Notes: generated from the sequence alone by a model not told the origin. A DNA stretch of 64,000 nucleotides from Phoronis australis (GCA_002633005.1 NMRA01000680.1:73913-137912); one strand, 5' to 3'. Positions 50,701 through 64,000 are shown, counted from the first letter of the stretch. Made by a program: numbers and translations.

Positions 50701-53700
50701 ATAGCAGTTTCAATCTCACCGTGTACTTGAATGATGAAGCGAGGTCTTCCAGAAAATGGTATGTATTCTGATAATATCAAACACTCCAACCCAATGCCTT
50801 GGAAATCTGGCCAATTATCTGAAACACAAATATTGCCTTTTAGGTGGACACCAGCTAAGATGCATGAAGTAGAAGTGACAAGCATGATACAGTCCATGCA
50901 AGGAAGAACTGATGCAAGGATCTGAGAACTTTACCTCAGTGATGGGAGACCCATATTTAACTCAATCACCAATAATCTGTATGAAAGCCTGCTGTCCTTC
51001 ATTCAACCAAGACGCAGTGAGATCACCGAATGCAATTGACCTAATCAGTTCATATAATGGCACTACAGTATGATGGAAGGTTTTGACATCAAGCACTGCA
51101 GCCATGGATTCCTGTAAGTTGTCTAATTATTCCATGTGAATGTTAGCCTAGTACACTACTTTAAGTGGTTAGGGCCTGCAAAGTGTTCTCTACAAGACAG
51201 ATGTTCAAAAGACCATGTTCATAATGTTGGGGTTTGATAGAGATGACTCCTCACCTGTAAGCTGAATAGCAGTGCATACATGCACCAAGAACTTTTATTG
51301 CAGACTCTACAGATGTCTGAAAACAAAAACAAATGCGATACATTACGGTATAATCTAAGGTAACTTGCTGCAATGAATTAATAGATCACCAGAATGACAA
51401 AATCACGGTTCTCGTAACTGGTTGTGGAGAACATTGACTGTTCTACAGGTTAAGCCTGCATTGCTAGACCTAATTAAATTGGACCAACACTGCACTAGAC
51501 GTTCATCGTCTACTGGCTGCGCCAGCAGAGACGATGACCTGCTTATGTACACTACAGCATATGCTGCCGTGCTCTCACTACATACTACGGTACCACGCTA
51601 CGTCTACAGTACGACTGACACTAACGTTTTAACCATTTTTCCTAACGCCGACACAGTCTCTCACGATTGAAAAGCAGTTCTTGTTACTTTGGTGACGGGG
51701 CGTAACTTGCATAAGCAATCATATTGACCTAAGCCTACAAACCAAAGTAGATTGGTCCCCGTCTATGCTGCCGCCTCTCGGCAGGACTGCCAACCAAAAG
51801 TCCTTGACTTTGAGTAAACGATAAGCAACAAAGACCTCTCGAGATTTTTGGCCTTGTATTTTCAACTAGCACGCGCCTGATTTCGGCATTTATCGGCGAG
51901 ACACCTATTGAACTCTTACCGTGCTCACTCGCAAGCGTCTTGCGCCTACTGAAAGCATGGTCCCAAGGTCATGACCCACTTCTAACCCGAGACCCCGAGG
52001 AAGTTTGCCTGAAAAGACAGGGTGGCCTTCGACCTGTTATGTGATGGAGATGAATACGCATTTGGGTCAAGAGTTCAGTTTATGCAACTGAACGTGAACC
52101 TTTTCAACTCGGATCACGAAATAGTAATTTACAGGCAGGTTATGTGATTACACATCAGGCAGTGAAAGGCAGTCGGGACTCACCTCAGGTAACCGAACCC
52201 CTCTTGTAGTCTAAATAGGCCTACGATGTAAAACGAGTCACTAGCCTAACGTGATACTTGATCTTGTTACGGTGAACAAGAATGGGGACCTCGACAAAAA
52301 TTTTCAGTTACGTATTCTGTAGGCGATTAATTTGAAACTCATTGCCATGAATGCATCTAGCCCCAGTCTCGCCACGACAAAACATACCGGTTGGGTGCTT
52401 TCACGAAGAGGTTTGAACTGTAGGCATCTTACACGTAGGCCTACTACACAGAATGTTTAGTTTCTGGTTTGCAAATGACGATTTCGGTGTCACTGCAAAG
52501 AGCAAACAACATTTTACCAATTCTCAAATTCAATGGCAACCGAAATATTTGATTGAAAGGGTCACCGTCTCATGCACTTGTATTGGGTACCTGCACTTCT
52601 TCAACGTTAACCTGGAATGAGCGCCTGCGTCTAGTGTTCACAATGATTAAGACGTCTAGAAATTGTTCTGTCGTGTCCTTTGAACATACCGCCACTCAAT
52701 TATTAATTAATCGTGCTATAATACTTAATTTACTCGTTTCTACTGAGTTAACTACAAGTCCACGGATCCGCCGACCACAGTATAGCCAACGGGCGGCAAG
52801 GTGCGGGGGGGGGGGTCAGCCATTCAGAACCATGTTTAGTCTAATAATTATCACATTAGGGATGAGAGAAATTGGGTGAGGTATGACACCACAAAGTTTG
52901 GTGGTTTAGGAGATACTAGGGTAGTCTTCTGGTGGTCAAAATGAGGCAATTTCTTGATGCGGAATGAGACCACAATTTTTAATGCAGTTTCTGCTTCAAA
53001 CATAGTTTTTTCTGAAAATTTTTAATATCACATGATAGGTTCATGACTAATGTAAGCAAAAACGGCATCCACACTAGATTACCGGTTACCATGGAAACAC
53101 AGGAGCTGTTTCCGTGGAGGTACATTTCATGCTTGTCAAAAACCAGCAGTAAGTTATACCCTTATAGCCGGAAGCTGCCACTACTGAGAAACCTGAAAAT
53201 AATAACATGGGCATGAAGAAGACTCCATGCCCTTGAAAGTAATACAAAAAATATCTTTGTCAGCCCTTCTTGTAAGCTTGGTAATAGGTGTCTGAATTAC
53301 ACTATTTTCATACCTCACATTTGTGTATTTGTCATGTTGAACCAGTCACTAGTTGTGCGCCATTTCTACGCATTAAAATGCCGTGGTACGATAAAACAAT
53401 GAACAGAATTGGTTTGCATGAATGTTTTTAATTCGTTTTAAGGACACAAGCAGTTCCCAATAAAATATGAAATTATACTAGATTTTTTCATCTAACTCAC
53501 TGAAGACCAAACTAAAGAATACAATGTGCGTTAGTTGAACGATGGCTGATCTAAAGTGCAGGTTTGCGAATTTATCTATTTATCTGGCACTACCAGTCGC
53601 ATCAAATGTGGTATTTTTACAAATTGCTGAGAGAAATGCGCAAGGAACTCAGAAATTTGAGAATCTTAAAAGTCAGGGGTGGTGATGTGAAGGAGGTGTC

Positions 53701-54229
53701 CTCCCAAGAAATCTGTCTGCCTCGATTTTTACAAAAATGGAGCCATGTATGGTATTTAGGTGAACTGTAGTCCCAGGTGGTACGTAGTAAAACATTCAAA
53801 ACATTCAGGAGGAACAAACTCATTGCAAGATATCAAAAACATTAAAGAGAAACTGATTTTACGTACTGACGCAACGATCTAAGATATTTGAAAAGTTTTC
53901 ATTTCAGTACATTTAAACTGCCAAAATGTATAACTAATAAACTTTCTGACAAAGTCTTTATTTTATGCAATGAAAGTAACGTGCTTCGTCAACATTTTGG
54001 CCAAGTTTCATCCGCATAGCAGTGGGGACAGAATTTAATTGGTATAGCAGTGTATTATACATAGCTTCAAAAACATAACGGGGGTAGTGTAGTAAAACTA
54101 CTAATTGAGGGTGGTAAATCGGTATCTTGTTCGCAAGACATCTGCATAATAATCTATTGGCATCACTAAACAATGCCAAGTGGGTAATAGTTCAATAGCT
54201 GTCATTCAAGGAAAATTATAAACAGTTAA

Positions 54230-54482
54230 AGGCGAAGGCAACCTTTTTCCATGTCATTTTGAGCTAAAATAAGGTTGGTTGGTTATCCTAGACATATTTT
54301 TCACTTAATTACAGCTTTTCGTAATTTTATTAATTATTCGTCCGCTTTTCCGGAAGTGACGTTTTAGGAGGCAAGCGCTTCACGCCAATTTCTTTTCACA
54401 TAGTCTGACTGTGCGAGCTGCCGAGTCAGTCATTGTTCTACCTCGGTTGTGTTAAGTTCCGTCGTCGTTCGCTTTCATTTAC
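54230..54482 (+). mobile_element. Terminal part of a further copy of the TTAA-flanked THAP/DDE transposon, cut by an assembly gap
   Basis: TTAA|aggcgaaggcaacctttttccatgtcatt... similar to 28298-28550; stops at N 54483. Confidence 0.88.
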
Positions 54483-54878
54483 NATAGTTCAATAGCTGTC
54501 ATTCAAGGAAAATTATAAACAGTTAAATTCGGACAGTTTTTACAGCGTGAAAAGGAGGCTGCGAAGCCGTAAACTGTTTTGAGCCCATAACTTTTATTAG
54601 TAGAACATTATGTTTTGGGAAATATTTTATCACTGTTTATAGATCCTAAAGGACTACATGTACCTATGTTTCGAATTTGGTAAAAATCGACTGATCCCCA
54701 CCTTACCGTTGGATGGCTGGTGCTTTCGTGGACTAGTACTTAATCTGATTCAAATTGTTTGGTGAACAATGGGGGAGGGGGTTAGGGGTATTCGTTATAG
54801 TCACGTTTTCTCATGCATGTTAACTCAGCCGATTTCCCCGGGTCGATTCGTGGACCGGACGGCGGACGTCACCAATTC

Positions 54879-55038
54879 CAGGGGCGGATCCAGGATTTTG
54901 AGTTGGGGAGGCAGGGCAGAGTTTTAGCCAGGATTTTGACCGTCGGATGTTCACACCTCTGAACTGCCAAATGGAAGCTGAGAGAATTTTGGTGGGGGTG
55001 GGCACGGCTTCCTTGGCCACCCTCTAAATCCGCCACTG
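54879..55038. mobile_element. 160-bp MITE (CAGGGGCGGATCCAG / CTAAATCCGCCACTG ends) with 5-bp TSD
   Basis: Imperfect TIRs; aattc at 54874-54878 and 55039-55043. Confidence 0.75.
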
Positions 55039-55439
55039 AATTCTCTCCCGTTTCGCCAAAAGCCGGGGCTGTCAGACCTCAGTCTGGTGCCAGAAAACAT
55101 GCTGAACTTTGTCATAGAATTAGATGTATCAGTGGGAAAAATAGTTATCCATTCTTGTGACAGCATTAATTTGTATCAATCACGATGTACTAATGACATG
55201 CACATTTATTGGAAAATACATGTACATGTAGAAATAACGAAAATTTACTTTTGTGCAATAGAAATAGTTTAGGCGCACGGTGCACTGTTCTAGAGCATTT
55301 TTGAACGAAACGGCCTAGTTGGAAAGTAGTGAGCGTCTCTTTCAAAAGGCCGTTGTGTTTTCACTATTAAATGAGTGGGGTACCAAAGTTCGATATGGTT
55401 AACTATTGAAAGAAACGCCTGTCGATTGTTAGTGCTCTC

Positions 55440-56540
55440 GCACCTTTCCGGCGTCACATGAACAATCTTCAAGATGTGCGTCCACATTCGTGATCGGGGT
55501 GTACACCACAAGTGCTCTTCAAACTCTTCGCATTTTCCCAATAGCTCTCGACACGGTGTGCACACCATACTGTGGTTGGATGCAATTCATGGCATGGTTG
55601 ACGGTGTGTTGAGTGTATAGCGGCACAACGGTGACAGGGTGACGATGCCGTGGTAGACAGCCCACATATCGCTGTGGACGGGGTCCGTGCTGTATGATGG
55701 GGGAACTGAAATGTGATGTCGTTTATGTTCGGCACAAATCGTTGAAATCCGACGTTCTGAGTGGGGTAGTGTTCTCAAAAATTCCATCGTCTCTCAACCT
55801 TGTGGTTTAAGCTCTTCGTCCTTCTGGCAATCAATCGTCAATTGTCAGTTAGAACGACTTCGGGGTCGCCAATCCGTATGCCGGAGGGGGGGCAAGGGGG
55901 TACTGAACATGGAGCATGGAAAATAAAAAAATCCAAAGCATGAATGAGGAAAAATAAATATAGGCAAACATGAAGCATGAAAACTGAGGAACACAATAGA
56001 CTGAAAATCAAAAGAGACGACCCGTTTTCTTCTTTCAGCGCCGATACGCGCCCATTTTGGATCTGAAGTAGTCGATGGGAGGCCGATGTAATCATCGAAT
56101 CCACCAAAAATAAGAACATTCAACTAATAATTGTCTTTGCTTATGGTTTCAACGCGAAAAATAATATAAAGCACACGACGCACCATCAAGTTTTCACGAC
56201 CGAATTACGAATCTTGAAAATAGTTTCGCACGGAAAATCGTGAAATAATTTCATCTAGAAACGAAATCGAAAGAAAAGAAACATTGGCCTAATGCATGGA
56301 GTTGTTAATGAAGTGTGTGGAGCATGCGGCCCGAAGATAGCCGTACCAAGTCAAGTATCACCGTTCGTTCTATTCCCAGCATCTCCTCCGCTAGTGCTAT
56401 CGGCTAACCCACACGCCCTGACAAGTTGTATTAGTAGCTGCAGTGATAACTTGGACTTGGTCCAGATCCGGAGTCGTCTTGCAGTGAAATTTTCTGGGCC
56501 TTGTGCCTCGGACAACACCAGATCTTCCCAACTCGGCGTT
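55440..56540 (-). mobile_element. Merlin (ISXO2/IS1595-like) DDE transposase remnant
   Basis: Frameshifted fragments in family order: WTKSKLSLQLLIQL, EMLGIERTVILD/WYGYLRAACS, LIFGG, VHSDMWAVY, YTQHTVNHAMN, RVESYWENAK...CGVH. Confidence 0.75.
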
Positions 56541-56939
56541 CGCCTCCACGCACCTCAGGTAATTGTTTTGGGCGCATTGGTGTTTAAGCTTTGCCGTGTG
56601 GTATCTTCTCAGAACAGATAAAAGATAGAAATGACAACCATGGGGACGGGCTCGGATCGGTGTGTGAAATATCTGAACCGCATACTGACTAGTACCACAG
56701 AATCACCGTGAATTGCAGCGTTCTTATTTTGAGCCAACACGGCTTACATGAAGACAAGCATTGTCAAAGTTTATGTATTGGTAAGTTGTTTTATTGTATT
56801 CGCACTTGCTTCTCCGTTACCACTGCAGCTGCTAGTTTGCTTCTCTGGGCGTTAGGATTCAAGGAAACGAATACGGGTGCAGTTTGGCGTTAGTAGTTGG
56901 TGAACTCAATGTAAACAGACTGGACACAAATCTTTCAAA

Positions 56940-57010
56940 CATGGGGGCGCACCATAGGGGGCTGGGGGAGAGCTATAGCCCCCACTTTTTTCAGTGCTGC
57001 GCCACCCATG
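56940..57010. mobile_element. 71-bp mini-MITE with 5-bp TSD
   Basis: catgggggcgca...tgcgccacccatg flanked by tcaaa at 56935-56939 and 57011-57015. Confidence 0.65.
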
Positions 57011-57189
57011 TCAAATGGCATTTTTATGTTTATTAGCGCACCAGTGTGAATCACGGGACTGTAAAGAGATAACAATTGCCAGTTATGACTACACCAACAA
57101 AGACAAGAAAATACCATTCACGCCACACACAAAACTCACATTCGCACAAGGATCAGATGTCTAGACTTTCAGGCAAATAGTGAATGTAG

Positions 57190-59440
57190 AAATTTACAGT
57201 CTTTATAAAAAATAAAATGTTCAATTTTAATTTCTACTTTTAGAAGATCTAAACTCGGGGGAGGTGAAATTCATTAGCTTACTTTTAGATATGTGAAGTT
57301 TAATTAAGCGCACTATGAGGTTAATGTCATCTGGTGTGTCAATTTTCTCAGACAGCATATATGTAAGATTTAAATTAAGCACTACATATGTTTTTCTCCA
57401 AATAAAAATTCAAAGGAATGCCAAAAGGATTTTGCTGGAGGACAAAACCAATAAAGATGAATTAGGACTTCTTGTTTCTCTTTACAAACAGTGCCTATAT
57501 TCGAGTCCTTTGTCATTATCCTTCTTTAATTTGAAGTATTAAATTTTCGTCTATGAAAACTGTAAACTATTAATGAAGGATTCAACATGCAGAGTTTTAT
57601 AACTTGCCCTAGAGAAATCTTGTACCGTTGTTGTTCTACTGATTGTATCAATCTGTACCGTGCCAAATAAAATTGAAATATTATTTTCTAATTCTTCTAT
57701 TGTTTTCGGTAATGGTGATGGAATAGAAATGAATAAACGGACAAGCTTAGAAATGAAAAATGATTTCAGCACAGTTATTCTATCAAAAGATGTTAAATAT
57801 CTTTTTGAAGATACTATAAAATCGTTTTCGCTTACTCGTAGTTTTTCATCAAATTTTATGTTTAAAATGAACCGATTGTTGACCTTAATACAAAAAATGA
57901 GATTTAGACCACACAAGGTCAAAATCTGGACAGAAACGATCGTCGGTGAAACGTTTACTACAAATCAAGACTCGCAGAGTTTTTTACATATTCGATTGTT
58001 AACCAGAGTATTTAAATTTGTTACAAAAAAATTAAAGAATTTCTAAAGATTCATGGGCGCCTTCAAGTATCAAAGGCGCATCATAGGCATGTTGTACGAT
58101 TTTGCTCATGCGCATTTCTGAAGTGTCATCCAATTTTTCTACGTTTAATTTCATTTATTTGTCAAAATAAGGGCTAAACTTTCTGTACCAAAAACGGAGA
58201 TAATGGGTTACCTTGGTGACAACCTCTTCCAATATTAAAGTATTCCGAGACAAACCTTATTGTAATACAGAGAGCATGGATCCGTTGTTTAAAAAGCGAA
58301 CCCAATCTATAAATTCTTTAGTAGGAAAATAAGGAAATGTAACTATCAAGATAAACTGTCGAACGCATTTTCAAAATCGACAAAGACCAACAGTCCTGGA
58401 ATATTATTCTATTCCTAATTCCATTACATCATATACTAGTCTCGTATTATCTCCAATAAACGTATTTTAAAAAACCTTTTTGGTTTTCATGCATGAGTTC
58501 ATTAATTACTATTTTTAGGCGTTCAGTAATACAACTGGAAAGAATTTTATAACTGGTATAGGCCCTCCAATTTTTCAAATACTCACTTTCTTTGCCTGGT
58601 TTCTGGATAGTACTGATAGCTCTTTGGTGTAAAGACGGCGGTAGTGATCCAATCGTATTGCTAAAATTACACTGTAAGTGCTTGAACGAGAAAAAAATAG
58701 AAACATCTCTTCAAAAGAACTCAGCTGTAAATCTGTCTGGGCCAGCAGCTTTATTGCTTTTCATTTTCGTAACAGCGTTTAGAGTTGCATTGATTGTAAT
58801 TCCCAAACCTTATTTCTGTATGTTCTCATAGCTTAACCTTAGGAATTTCTTATTTTTCTAGCGAAGTATTTAGTGGGTTTCTCCCCGTGTTCAATCCATC
58901 TAGCTCTCACACGAATGAGATGTCTTTGCATTAGGTGTTGTATTTGTTCTTCAAACTCAGTTTTAACTCTTTGAAGCATTTCTTCAAAAGCTTGGGAATG
59001 ACTAAATTGTGTTAACTTTAATTTATTATTCAAGACTTCTCATTTTACGAAATTCCTCTTTAAAATATTGTTTACAAAAGTAACGGGAATTTGACATAAT
59101 TTTTAAAAGAAGAATCTCAAAAAACAAGGCTTCGTCAATAGAAAGCTGTAGAATCAGGGACATTATCGATAACCAAATGGCGTATCCACCTTTCACATTT
59201 TGATGGACTGTTAAATAATGTCAACATATTGTTTATCCTTTAAAAGGGATTTATTAGAATGCCACAATCCCGGTCGGCTGTTATAGTCAGAAAGGTTTAA
59301 ATATAATGCTATAAAAGAGTGGCTTGTTCTATGTCCGGTCCCAATGTCAGAAAAAGTTATTAAATTGACCAATTCCTACGAAATGAAAAAAAAATCTAAA
59401 CGTCAAAGTCCCCTCGTGGATTGCAGCGACAATGAAAGCG
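57190..59440 (-). mobile_element. Degenerate L1/Tx1-clade non-LTR retrotransposon ORF2 (APE end, linker, RT)
   Basis: Minus-strand fragments RLDFFFIS (APE), RARWIEHGEKPTKYF, GPDRFTAEFF and LLVFVDFENAFDS; many stops and frameshifts. Confidence 0.85.
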
Positions 59441-60910
59441 GATGAATTTAGCGCTTGTGGATAACTACGAATTGTCACTGGCCCCCCGTGAAATGGCTAA
59501 GTCACTGACAAAAAATGTTAATGCAGAATGCGTGTATTCACTGCACTACAAGCTTTTGCTTCTGCTTTTCAAGGCAAAGACAACACCTACACGTTTTTCT
59601 CCATAAATACTCATCTTTATATTACTCGTAACAAATAGTGACATCATACATGTATCAATGCATCGTGTACAAGTATCTCTCCTGTGTTACTGAACACTAA
59701 AAACAATGACATTATTCTTTCATGTCATTGTCTTGATGATTTCCGCTGCACGATCATTGCTACTGACCTGTAAAAATGAAATGTGTTGTGTGAAAGGAAT
59801 AACCATTACATATCGGATAACAAATCGCTGATTTGAGACAAGTCATTTGCATGCATACGCAGGCAAGCTTTGCATTGTTTCGCAGTAATTGTGTACCGAT
59901 TCCATTTTTTGGAAATATCGAATTTTGATATTTTGACATGCAAGACGTGTCATTTAAGTGATTTGATTACGAAATTAAGTATTACGGTGAAACAGCCAAG
60001 CCAACCGGGGCGCCGTTCTATGATTAAAAGTATGCAGAATGTACATTTTCGACATTTTTTTGCATTTCGTGCTAGTTACATGTAATTGATTCTGAAAATG
60101 ACGAGTTTAGTATTTTGGCCAGAGCAGGCACATATCTTTTCATGTTTTCCGTTTCTGCTGGAAAATGAAACATTTCCTTGAAGGGGCGATCTAATCTGTC
60201 TCTGCATTTGGAACCAGGGGCCTGGAGTGCTGTCTTTAATATTTGACTTATCACGCCATATTATTCAAGTTGGACACGTTCCCCTTTTATTTGCACACTT
60301 TGCTTTATGTTTATTAGAAAATACCTCTGCTATTGTTTATTCCTTGTTCCCCTCGTTGTGAACTTCAAATTTAATGCAGCGTAATCATTCGGACCATGTT
60401 TGGCTCAGTGCGCCATGTTTTTGGAACTGCAAGTGCCGTAACTTAAAAGTCGGGCTAAGGGTTATAATTTGAAATATCGGAAAAATTTTAGTTCGTTTGT
60501 GGGGTTTGAAAGCCGCTAGAGCTGTTCCGCTTGATATAATAAAGGCATTAAATGGGCTTTCTCAGCTCTCAGTTGCATACGGCGCGGCGAACAAACCGAC
60601 CGCTAGTAATCACGCCAGATGTTCCTGGCACTGGCGAACGCCTTCCTGTACCTGCGTACATTTGATCCACTGCAATACTAACTGTTACTGATTCGACAAT
60701 AGGGCACAGATGTACAGAACTAGTCGCCTGGTTTGTCATCTTTAAGACTACAGTCGATTACCGTTAACCGACCACCGGCCAGCCATTCTCAGGATCCATT
60801 CGAACTTTCGTTCCAATTCTTTGTATGACCTAAGCAAAATGCGTTGTGCGTAACTCTGGACCACTGATACTAATTTTTAATCCATGCTATTGCTGGTACT
60901 TTCAGAAACA

Positions 60911-61093
60911 ATGACCAACCCTGGGGTTGTCATAGTAACGGGTGCCAATGTTGGCATCGGTCTGGAGGTTGCTAAGCAACTATGTAACCGAGGCTGGGAA
61001 GTTGTGATGGCCTGCCGTAGTGAAGACAAAGCAAGTTCAGCAATCGATGGAATTAAGCAGGATCATCCTCACGCTAGGGTTATGTTTATGCAG
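60911..61093 (+). CDS. SDR paralog 2 (RDH/WWOX-like), first coding exon; later exons were not found in the window and the gene probably continues beyond it
   Basis: ctttcag|aaacaATG; [37 protein letters not shown]...ARVMFMQ|gtacaa; same phase-0 boundary as paralog 1. Confidence 0.85.
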
Positions 61094-63615
61094 GTACAAT
61101 GTCATAGCTTGAGATTTAGAAAATCACTTTGCAATGGTAAAATGGTAAATCCATAGTCCAGGGCTATAGCCAGCGTTGCGCAGGGGGTGGTTCGAATTTC
61201 TGGAACGGCGGACCTTTGGTATTTTGCAAAGATCGACCCGGTATTATAGTTTTCAGTAAGGCCCTTGACGCAATTGAATTAGGGTGAAGGGAAGTCTGCA
61301 TACATAACGATGGCTTTCAGTTCTATGTTCCTGAGATGAGACTGAAATGAGGATGCCGTGGCGGTTGCTCGATTCAAATTCGGATATGCAATGTGGTCCA
61401 AAAAGGGAAAGTTCTCGTGTTACATTCCGCCAAACTTTAAATTCAGGCGTGCTTGAATACATACTCTGACCGATTTTTTAGTCGGGGAATGACTTGACGA
61501 AATTCTTATGTGGCTGTATTTTTGCGTGTTACTTACATCGCTGGCAATGGGAATAGTCCACTATTCTGAAAGTTCACAAATCCAAAGGTTCACTACAGCG
61601 ACAACATATAAAATTTCGAACCCAGGTTTAATCTATGATTCTGCATGCAAAAGTAAACGATACTCCAGTTATTATATCTGCTGACTGGTGTACCTATACC
61701 GAAAACAACGTCCGGGTACTATTGATTTTTTGCCAATAAGGCGAAATTGCCCGCATGTTTTACGCCATACGGAAAACTTAGGATACCAAACCCGGATTTG
61801 GCCTATTGACAGATACTAAAAACGACTTTCCCTTCCAGTTCTCTGAAACAAAAAATACTCTTTAACCGTTGACAACCCTCAAGTTTTAAAAACTCCTTTC
61901 AAAGTTTGCTAAACGGGCAAGCGTGACGTACCCTTTTTGCAAATTACACGGCAACTGAAAAGTCAACCCACCAAGGACCATATTGTCCAAACTGTGTCAT
62001 GGGTTGTATGAAATTTCAATAAATTCTTTCCTTAAAAGGATTCTAAACCCTAATTTGATGATTTCAACCAGTCCTCGTGCTTTCACTTGCTGACTGATGC
62101 ATCATTGGCGTCAATCTTCAAAGATAAAGCAGGAATCAACATACCCGCTATCTCACGAATTGGAACTAATGGTCCTTGGTGAATTTTTTTCCCACAGATG
62201 CTGCGTAACTCGCTGAAAGCGTAGGTCACGCTTGCCTCTTTAGCAGAATTTGTAAGTTTCCTAAATTTCCTAAAACGTTAGAGGATTGTCGAGCCGTTAC
62301 AGAGCCTTATTTTGTTTCAGAGAACTAGATGGGAAAGTCGTTTTTAGTACATGTACATGTATCTGTTAATAGTACAACACCGTGTTTGGTACATGTATAC
62401 TTTTAACTTGGAAGATTGGTACGCTTTGTGCGTTCTGAAAGGCCTGACCATAGCGGGACACGTTCCTCGCAAGATTAGCAAATGTTTTGCGTTCTTTTTG
62501 AAGCACTGTGGAAGTTTGAAGTGTACAGCCATAGACATAGCGGCGATGCTCGTGGTCTAGAGATTCCGCGCACAACGATTTTTCAGGACTCTCGGTTATT
62601 ATTGATAAATTGAAGCAATTACTGTAGAATTTTAGAACTGTAGGTAAGGCATTATTCGCATATGTACACGTTCATGGATTGGGCATTTATTTTAGCGAAG
62701 TCTGAAAACGAGTGGGGGGGGGCTTATAGGGGCATGGACGCTTATGAGGACGAATGTTATACAATGATTTCGGCTAAAATGACATTGTGCATTACGATAA
62801 GAAATCAATTTCAAGAAATATGGTATTTCACTTGCTGTGAGCACATGGACCGGCCTTCCGCCTTTCCCCCCTTTTCTTCGTTTCGGACTAGTCCACAAAT
62901 TCCTTTGGGCACGACCACAGATTGTGATCTTTTGTCTGGACGAATCGCGTAACGGGTGACATCTACTGAATCGGTAGAATCGCACTGCGCCGATGATTTT
63001 TTTACTGCCGGAGCATCGACACGCTGACGAAACTGAATCTTAAATTCATGATAAGAACAGCAAAAGGAGGAGAAAAGTTATTCATGTCCATCTGGGAAAC
63101 GATATAGTGCTTTTGCGCTATGAAAATTCGCTCGCCACCTGGGCGACCGGATAGTTAACTTCTATTCGCCCAGCACCATTTCTACTCGCATTGGCGTCTG
63201 GGCGAGTGGCTAAGTATATCTCTGTAAAAGAATACGAAGTAGGATATTGATGAATTATTACCTCCCCCGAAAGAACCGTGCTCACGGCCAGTGGAAGTTA
63301 AATGTAGTTAGAAGGCTACCCTGTCCCTGCCAGTCTTCACTAAGTCAGAGAATCCCATTCAGTATTCTTAAATTTAAAACCGCCGTTGGTCGCCACAGCC
63401 CTGACCCGTGCCCCAGAGTGTTGTCCCTGCTTGAGAATGAGTCGTTAGTTAGGTTCAAGAATCATGATTGGCAGTGATTGGAACTGAGCTCATCTGTAAA
63501 CAATGAAATCTATGTTTTAAGACCTATTCAACTCTTGCATACACTTTAAATGGCTACTAAATGTACACAAATACAACATTTCATTCACGTCAGTTGCGAA
63601 TCATTAGCAGACAGT

Positions 63616-63710
63616 CCGAGTAATGAACCTTCGGAGTAGTGATTCAGAAACATCAGAGTAGTGAACCGTCGGAGTACATGTACATGTAGTGACCCTTCGG
63701 AATAGTGACA
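63616..63710. repeat. Short degenerate tandem repeat (GAGTAGTGAACCTTCG-like units)
   Basis: gagtaatgaaccttcggagtagtga...gagtagtgaaccgtcggagta...tagtgacccttcggaatagtga. Confidence 0.7.
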
Positions 63711-64000
63711 AATTTGTTGCTCGTATGGAATCTGCGAGTCTGTGCACCATTGCCACTGATGGACTAGGAAACACCTTCTCCATTGACCAAAGTTTTATTA
63801 GGTCTAGACCTGCTTTCCCCTAATACTGTGAACATGCTCGTTTCCTCAGTTCAAGAACACAGTAGTTAAATGTCTGGTTTTGTTTGAGGAACGACAGAGG
63901 ACTGCTTATGATGAACTTATCGTCGGCCTGTACTGGATTTAAAAGAATGAAAACGCACACACGTGTACACGCGCATGCATGTCAATTCACCAATCCCCAA

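Noticed and set aside
52750-54735. Possible ~2-kb element bounded by (t)agtccacg inverted ends
   Set aside because: End similarity is too degenerate to define TIRs or a TSD by eye
57551-58046. 123-aa and 128-aa ORFs as host genes
   Set aside because: They lie within the decayed L1/Tx1 ORF2 (one is a sense fragment, the other is antisense)
63616-63710. CRISPR-like appearance of short repeats (also 11128-11970 and 26345-26705)
   Set aside because: Eukaryotic context, no regular unique spacers and no cas genes

Overview
AT-rich, intron-containing animal genomic DNA, most consistent with a marine invertebrate; there are no prokaryotic operons, CRISPR arrays or rRNA. Four host genes can be reconstructed by hand from GT-AG splice sites with consistent phases. 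(1) A 5-exon ATPSCKMT/FAM173B-like mitochondrial lysine methyltransferase (minus, 21073-30866, 218 aa). (2) A single-coding-exon, probably secreted LRR + Ig protein (minus, 34754-36580, 608 aa). (3) A 6-coding-exon RDH11-14/WWOX-type short-chain dehydrogenase with protochlorophyllide-reductase-like motifs (minus, 41815-48826, 308 aa). (4) The first coding exon of a divergently oriented paralogous SDR (plus, 60911-61093). The rest is rich in decayed mobile elements: a Penelope fragment with inverted pLTRs and a hammerhead core, hAT, Merlin, L1/Tx1, Helentron-like tandem-repeat elements and MITEs. The most notable element is a TTAA-flanked DNA transposon whose ~310-bp inverted repeats each carry a THAP start, enclosing convergent DDE_Tnp_4 and YqaJ-like remnants; another copy appears to be a heterozygous insertion at an assembly gap. 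All family calls come from motif recognition by eye; no searches were run.
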